Positions 58,835 through 64,000 of a stretch of 64,000 bases of DNA are shown here, piece by piece (position 1 is the stretch's first letter; the number at the start of each line of letters is the position of its first letter). This DNA is from Candidatus Cloacimonadales bacterium. GTDB taxonomy: Bacteria; Cloacimonadota; Cloacimonadia; Cloacimonadales; JAFGVF01. The stretch spans positions 1,760,001 to 1,824,000 of the forward strand of contig OY759729.1 in NCBI GenBank assembly GCA_963662585.1, read 5' to 3'. The position numbers were made by a program, and so were the translations under genes. The notes under the pieces are model-generated. The model was not told the origin of the DNA, searched no databases, and was given only the letters and a program-made list of their open reading frames with translations.

Positions 58835-60124
58835 TTACTTGGAGTTTTTACTCTCTGTCTGCTTTGCATTAATAGCTTCTCGCTTGAAAGGCATGGTCAT
58901 ACAACGACAGCCACCACCACCTCTAGCTAATTCTGAACCCTCAATAGCTACACAGTATCTCTCATAATCAGCAATATTTGTCTTCTTAGAAACAATATCT
59001 CGAGCAGGAATAATAGCATAACCATGTTTAGCTAATTCATCCATTGTGTGAGTATTTCTTCCGTAACCAAGGACTTTTCCAGGTCCAACAGAAAAGAAGT
59101 TTGTTCCACTATGCCATTGCTCTCTTTCTTGAGTCCAAACATCTGTTCTTCCTCCACAAAAGAGTGGTTCAACTTCATGACCTAAACTCTTTAAAGCTGT
59201 AATGAGGTTGTTTTCATAAGAGATTTTAACTTCTCCATTTCTGATTAAAATAGAGACAGTTTCTAGTCGATTATTTTTTAATATTACAGGTTCATAAACC
59301 ATACATTGATTAAAATCTAAGAAAGTAAATACCATGTCTAAATGGATAAAGGATTCTGGAGCGAGAGGTAGTTCCTGAACAATAATATTGAAGTCCTTAC
59401 CACTATTTTTATAATGCTCTATTAAGTAATCTATACCTTCAGATGTCGTTCTTCCTCCCATTCCGATAAGTAGAGTATTCTCATTAGCCACAAGTACATC
59501 ACCACCTTCGATAGTAATCTTATGAGCAGGAACTTTTTTGGAGTTAAGTGGATTGAAAGTTCTTGTTTTAAAATCAGGATGATAATCAAAGATAGTTTCC
59601 ATTATTATGGATTCTCTCTCTCTCACTTGATTAGCCATCTTTCCAATTAATACTTCATTGCCAATAGACATAGAAGCATCTCTCATGAAAAAGAAGTTAT
59701 GTAAAGGGCGTAAAATATATTTCTCTTGACTAAGAAAATTAGTCAGATTATTCTTCTTAAGAACTACTCCTTCAAATAATTGACGAGTTGTTTCTTTAGG
59801 TGAAAGTGCCATTAGAGAGCTAAAGATTCTTGGCTCATTCTCATTCTGGCATATTTTGTGAATAAGATTGTGTTTAACTTTTTCGTTGATCAAAACCTCT
59901 GTAAGTAAATCTCTTACTTCATAAGTGTTAGTTATCATTGAAAGAACATCGTAAAAATCTGAATACTCTTTATCTGCTACATTTAAATTTAGAATATCAC
60001 TGTAAAGTGCTTTTTCTGCATTTCCCGGAGTCATGTTCTCAACTTCTCTGCCAGGTCTATGGAGAATTACACCATCTAATTTACCGACTTCAGAAGAGAC
60101 TTGCACAGGTATTAAGTTTGTCAT
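58835..60124 (-). CDS. arcA: Arginine deiminase
   Basis: V.SEVG.L..VILHRPG.E, N.FF.RD, IEGGD, HLD.VFT, REQW, SELARG.GG.RCMTMP. Confidence 0.93.
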   Translation of the reverse strand: MTNLIPVQVSSEVGKLDGVILHRPGREVENMTPGNAEKALYSDILNLNVADKEYSDFYDVLSMITNTYEVRDLLTEVLINEKVKHNLIHKICQNENEPRIFSSLMALSPKETTRQLFEGVVLKKNNLTNFLSQEKYILRPLHNFFFMRDASMSIGNEVLIGKMANQVRERESIIMETIFDYHPDFKTRTFNPLNSKKVPAHKITIEGGDVLVANENTLLIGMGGRTTSEGIDYLIEHYKNSGKDFNIIVQELPLAPESFIHLDMVFTFLDFNQCMVYEPVILKNNRLETVSILIRNGEVKISYENNLITALKSLGHEVEPLFCGGRTDVWTQEREQWHSGTNFFSVGPGKVLGYGRNTHTMDELAKHGYAIIPARDIVSKKTNIADYERYCVAIEGSELARGGGGCRCMTMPFKREAINAKQTESKNSK

Positions 60125-60154
60125 TTAAATCTCCTTTAATGGGATAGGAATTTT

Positions 60155-60192
60155 AAAAAAAATCCCTGTACTTAAACTGTTAGCACAGGGAT
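60155..60192 (-). terminator. Intrinsic terminator after efp-small ORF
   Basis: Minus strand: atccctgtgct-aacagttta-agtacagggat followed by T run. Confidence 0.8.
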
Positions 60193-60210
60193 ATAATAAA
60201 TCAATTCAAA

Positions 60211-60423
60211 TTAAGCGTTAACTTTTCCAGCTGCTATATCTTTTTCATTGCATTTACACATGCTAACAAATTGATATTTAGGAGCCCAAGTGTTTCCTTT
60301 GCTATTTCTGGATCTAACTAATTTAATCTTTTTTACTTCTGAATTACAAACTGGGCAAATTACCTTACCTTCACTTGAAAGTTCATGGGCAAGTTTTGCC
60401 GCAAATGCTTTTCCTTTTGCCAT
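60211..60423 (-). CDS. Small basic Cys-containing protein (CPVC...CKC)
   Basis: 70 aa, strong SD (AGGAGG on minus strand), directly downstream of efp, followed by terminator. Confidence 0.75.
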   Translation of the reverse strand: MAKGKAFAAKLAHELSSEGKVICPVCNSEVKKIKLVRSRNSKGNTWAPKYQFVSMCKCNEKDIAAGKVNA

Positions 60424-60457
60424 ATAATCCTCCTAGGGATATCTTATTATTGTTGTT

Positions 60458-61018
60458 TTAAGCTCTTTCTATATATTCACCATTTCTGGTGTCAATCTTA
60501 ATCTTCTCACCTTGTTCTACAAAGAAAGGAACAGTAATTCTCAAACCTGTTTCAGTAATAGCAACTTTTCCACTTCCTGAAGCAGTGTTTCCTTTGAAGT
60601 TAGGCTCACACTCAGCAATTTCTTGAATCACATAAACAGGTAATTCTATATCAACAATCTCCATATCGGGAGTTGTTTTGATAGTAATCTGCATATTTTC
60701 TTTCAAGAATTTTGCATATTTTTCCATAACATTTTGGTGCACATTCATCATCTCATAATTCTCTAAATCCATGAGTACATAAAATTCACCATCTCTGTAT
60801 AAATACTCTTTTTTACTCTTTTCTATTCTAACTTCATTAAATGTTTCGTTGATCCTGAAAGAGTTATCAATAACTTGACCAGTTCTCACATTTCTTAATT
60901 TCGATCTTACAAAGGTATTACCTTTACCTGGTTTAACATGAAGGAATTCGATAAATTCGTAAATTCCATTTTTCCATTCTATAATCATTCCATTACGGAT
61001 ATCAGAAGTTGAAGCCAT
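60458..61018 (-). CDS. efp: Translation elongation factor P
   Basis: HVKPGKG..FVR, YLY.DG, KGNTA, ETG..I.VP.F, IDTR.GEY..RA. Confidence 0.97.
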   Translation of the reverse strand: MASTSDIRNGMIIEWKNGIYEFIEFLHVKPGKGNTFVRSKLRNVRTGQVIDNSFRINETFNEVRIEKSKKEYLYRDGEFYVLMDLENYEMMNVHQNVMEKYAKFLKENMQITIKTTPDMEIVDIELPVYVIQEIAECEPNFKGNTASGSGKVAITETGLRITVPFFVEQGEKIKIDTRNGEYIERA

Positions 61019-61302
61019 ATATTCCTCTTTATTTTATTATCTCAACTATGACAAAAAAATTAAAGTAACAAATATGGCAAGAAAAAAATCTAAATACTTT
61101 CAAGTAATCTCTTTATAACTATAATTTTAGCCTCAAATTCCACAAATAAATCACAAAAGAAGTTTTGTAAAACTACTAAGTGTTTTTTATTAATTTTTAG
61201 TGTCGCTAAAAATATCAATATAATTTTTAGTAGCTAGCTAGGTGAAATATTCGGTACTATCTAGCTTCAAACATAACTTAATCAGTAATTTATATTTTTT
61301 TA

Positions 61303-61331
61303 TTGACAATTATTTAGTAACAGTATATTGT
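61303..61331 (+). promoter_or_regulatory. Putative sigma70 promoter of the kinase gene
   Basis: TTGACA (61303) - 17 bp - TATTGT (61326). Confidence 0.45.
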
Positions 61332-61413
61332 AGTAAAACATTATTATTCAATGAAGACTGTGAATGATTTGGACCTATAAAAAGGCTATGGTAGTTTTTT
61401 TTGAGGAGTAAAT

Positions 61414-63720
61414 ATGGCTTATAAAAATAGATTAGTAGAATTGTTGAACAATGCTAATGAAACAGATTCTATGGACCCTGAGACTAAATTAAAAAATGTA
61501 CTAGAACTATATTCAGAGATAAAGGATAGTGATGACTATGAATCAATAGGGAAGTTATGCAAACTTATAGGGACAATTTATCTTCAGAATGGTCATTCCG
61601 AAAAATCTGCAAATTATTATCAGCAAGCAATCGCTAATTTTAAGCTAGTAAATAGTTATAGTGATTTAGGCAATGTATATAACAATTTAGTAATAACTGC
61701 TTACTATCAAAATACTTTTAATAAGATTGAAGAGTATAGCAATTTAGCCTTAGAGAATTTTGAAAAAGCTGGTGTTGCAAGTGGGGTAATTGCAGTAACT
61801 AATAATTTAGCTAAGTATTATAGAAATATTCAGGCCTTTGATAAAGCTTATTCATTATTAAAAAAGACTCTTAGTGATTATGGTAAATTATTGGATGATG
61901 AAAGTAGAGTAGTAATGCGAGCAAACTATGGTAATGTGTGTATAAACCTTGGAAATATTGATGAGGGACTTAATATCTTAAAAGAGATTTCTCAAGAAGT
62001 TGATGGTAGTAGGAATTTTCAAGGTATGGCTATTGTTAATCTTTATTTAGCTGAATATTATGAATCTATTGGTGATTATAAAAGTGCTTTGAGTAGTTAC
62101 AAGAGAAGGTACACAAGTGCAATAGTTGGTAGGCAAGAAGAAATTAACTCTGAACTGAATAAATATTTAAACTCTTTCAATATGGATATTGACAGACTTC
62201 AATATGATAGAATGGTAAAGCAGAATGAAAAATTAATAAATGATCACAAAGCAGCCACAAAAAAGAATGGTTTCTTAGAAACTTTGATTAATACAATTCC
62301 TTTACCTCTATTTTACTGTGATTTAGATTATTATTATCTTGGATGTAATGATGCACTTGCCAAATACTTTGACATTACAAAGAAAGATATCATAGGTAGG
62401 CGGGTCGGATTTACTCTGACCAAAGATAAAGAGGTCAACTATATTGCTAAGAAAATATTAGAATTAAAAGAGCAAAAAGAACCAGTCCAATTTGTTACTA
62501 AATTAACTAAACATGGTAATGATAAAAGGACTGTTGAGCTTTTCTTTAGTCTGTTTTATAATGATGATGGAGAAGTAGCTGGAATATTAGGGATGATTAA
62601 AGATATTACTCAAGAGAAAAAACAGCAGTATGAGATTAAAGAGTTAAATGCTCATTTGAAGTCTGTTTTGGAGAGTGCTTCTCAAGTATATATCTGTTCC
62701 ATAGATAGGAATTATAAGTACAAGTATTTTAATAAAAACTATGCAAAATCAGTTAAAAGGCATATTGGAAAAGTAATTGATAAAGGTAGTAGCTATTTTG
62801 AGAGATATCAAACTGAAACAGAGATAAGAGATAAACATAAATTACTTGATAAAGTCTTTGCTGGTGAAGTTATCTCTGGTATTCGAGAATATAATGATGT
62901 TAATCCACCTGAAATTCTTCAATACTATTACTCACCAATTATTGAAGAAGGTGGCCAGATTATTGGGGCAACTGTCTTTTCTTATGATATAACAGAGCGA
63001 GTATTAGCTCAGAGAGAACTAGCTCTTTCTAACAAGACTAAGGATAAATTCTTTTCAATTATCGCTCATGATTTACGCTCTCCTATTGGAAATATTAAAT
63101 CTGCTTTAGAATTCATCACCACTGAAGAAGAGTTATCAAATAGTGAGATGATGGAGTTACTAGAAAAGCTATCAGGTTCAGCAATGAATACTTACGATTT
63201 ATTAGAGAATCTACTACAATGGTCATTAACCCAGAGAGGACTTATAGAAAATAACTCTACTTATCATTGGCTTTCTAATTTATGCGAAAAAGTGATAAAA
63301 CTTTCCCTAAACATAGCTCATAGCAAGAACATAAATATTGAAGTTATTTGTTCTGAAGAGATAAAAGTTTTTGTAGATAAAAATATGTTCTTTACTATTC
63401 TAAGAAATCTTCTAAATAACGCAATTAAGTACTCTTATGAAAATACTACTATTTTTGTTAAAGTAGAAAGTGATGATAATTTTGCAGTTATAAGAGTAAT
63501 TGATCATGGAATCGGGATTAAGCCAGAAGTAATACCTTATCTTAATCAAATGGATAAAACAGTTACTACTTATGGTACTGCTGGTGAAATTGGCTCAGGT
63601 TTAGGCTTGGTTTTATGTCATGAGTTAGTTGATAAATTAGGTGGAAGACTTTGGATCGAGAGTGAAGAAGGTAAAGGCTCTACCTTCAGTTTTACTGTAC
63701 CAGTAAAAGAGAGTTATTAA
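61414..63720 (+). CDS. Cytoplasmic sensor histidine kinase with TPR repeats and two PAS domains
   Basis: TPR-like helices, PAS/PAC ends (KDIT, YDITER), IAHDLRSP H-box, NLLNNAIKY, D.G.GI, GSGLGL, GKGSTF. Confidence 0.92.
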   Translation: MAYKNRLVELLNNANETDSMDPETKLKNVLELYSEIKDSDDYESIGKLCKLIGTIYLQNGHSEKSANYYQQAIANFKLVNSYSDLGNVYNNLVITAYYQNTFNKIEEYSNLALENFEKAGVASGVIAVTNNLAKYYRNIQAFDKAYSLLKKTLSDYGKLLDDESRVVMRANYGNVCINLGNIDEGLNILKEISQEVDGSRNFQGMAIVNLYLAEYYESIGDYKSALSSYKRRYTSAIVGRQEEINSELNKYLNSFNMDIDRLQYDRMVKQNEKLINDHKAATKKNGFLETLINTIPLPLFYCDLDYYYLGCNDALAKYFDITKKDIIGRRVGFTLTKDKEVNYIAKKILELKEQKEPVQFVTKLTKHGNDKRTVELFFSLFYNDDGEVAGILGMIKDITQEKKQQYEIKELNAHLKSVLESASQVYICSIDRNYKYKYFNKNYAKSVKRHIGKVIDKGSSYFERYQTETEIRDKHKLLDKVFAGEVISGIREYNDVNPPEILQYYYSPIIEEGGQIIGATVFSYDITERVLAQRELALSNKTKDKFFSIIAHDLRSPIGNIKSALEFITTEEELSNSEMMELLEKLSGSAMNTYDLLENLLQWSLTQRGLIENNSTYHWLSNLCEKVIKLSLNIAHSKNINIEVICSEEIKVFVDKNMFFTILRNLLNNAIKYSYENTTIFVKVESDDNFAVIRVIDHGIGIKPEVIPYLNQMDKTVTTYGTAGEIGSGLGLVLCHELVDKLGGRLWIESEEGKGSTFSFTVPVKESY

Positions 63721-64000
63721 TTGGAGACAGTTTGTGTTAGATTAACCCCAGGTTCAAAGCTGAGGGAATCAATTTATCAGATAGCTAAAGAAGGAAATAT
63801 AAAGGCTGGGATAGTTTTAACTTGTGTAGGAAGTTTGCAAGAGCTTAATATCCGCTTAGCTGGAGCAAATCATAAAATCTCCAATCATGACAAGTATGAA
63901 ATAGTATCTTTAGTCGGAACATTTAACCAACTAGATCAGGGACATTTTCATATCTCTGTTGCAGATAGGAAAGGAAATTGTTATGGAGGACATCTTTTGG
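63721..64000 (+). CDS. PPC/DUF296 domain protein (partial, runs off window)
   Basis: Manual translation from TTG 63721: METVCVRLTPG..L...CVGSL..RLA..YEIVSLVGT..HFHISVAD..G.CYGGHL. Confidence 0.85.
   Translation, partial: METVCVRLTPGSKLRESIYQIAKEGNIKAGIVLTCVGSLQELNIRLAGANHKISNHDKYEIVSLVGTFNQLDQGHFHISVADRKGNCYGGHLL

Overview
AT-rich bacterial chromosome segment. Bases ~59-53142 are one very long, co-oriented (+) surface-polysaccharide locus. It holds two Wzx flippases, a Wzy-like polymerase, glycosyltransferases, rmlA, a 2,3-dehydratase/3-ketoreductase/4-aminotransferase deoxysugar set, fnlABC, a LegC-type aminotransferase, three CapK-like adenylate-forming enzymes, two CapA-like proteins, a FabH/FabG/PIG-L acyl-tailoring set, a priming sugar transferase and VanZ. 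Bases 56784-64000 carry housekeeping genes (RNB ribonuclease, arcA, a small Cys-rich protein, efp, a TPR-PAS histidine kinase, a partial PPC/DUF296 gene). The most striking signal is a family of intergenic cassettes bounded by inverted arms made of short periodic repeats (7-bp, 8-bp, and 9-11-bp 'CAC' periods). The arms enclose either a four-helix-bundle (IVS/Avd-like) gene, a GxxExxY gene, or nothing. Left arms typically start at the upstream stop codon and right arms end just before the next ribosome-binding site, and one repeat family also occurs in frame inside a coding sequence. There is also a 2.7-kb hub of mixed repeats/REP-like palindromes (45809-48517) and a 3-kb two-subunit tandem array with a 58-bp core repeated 12 times (53697-56691). 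No rRNA, tRNA, cas gene, transposase or reverse transcriptase was recognised. All product calls come from motif recognition by eye, not database searches.
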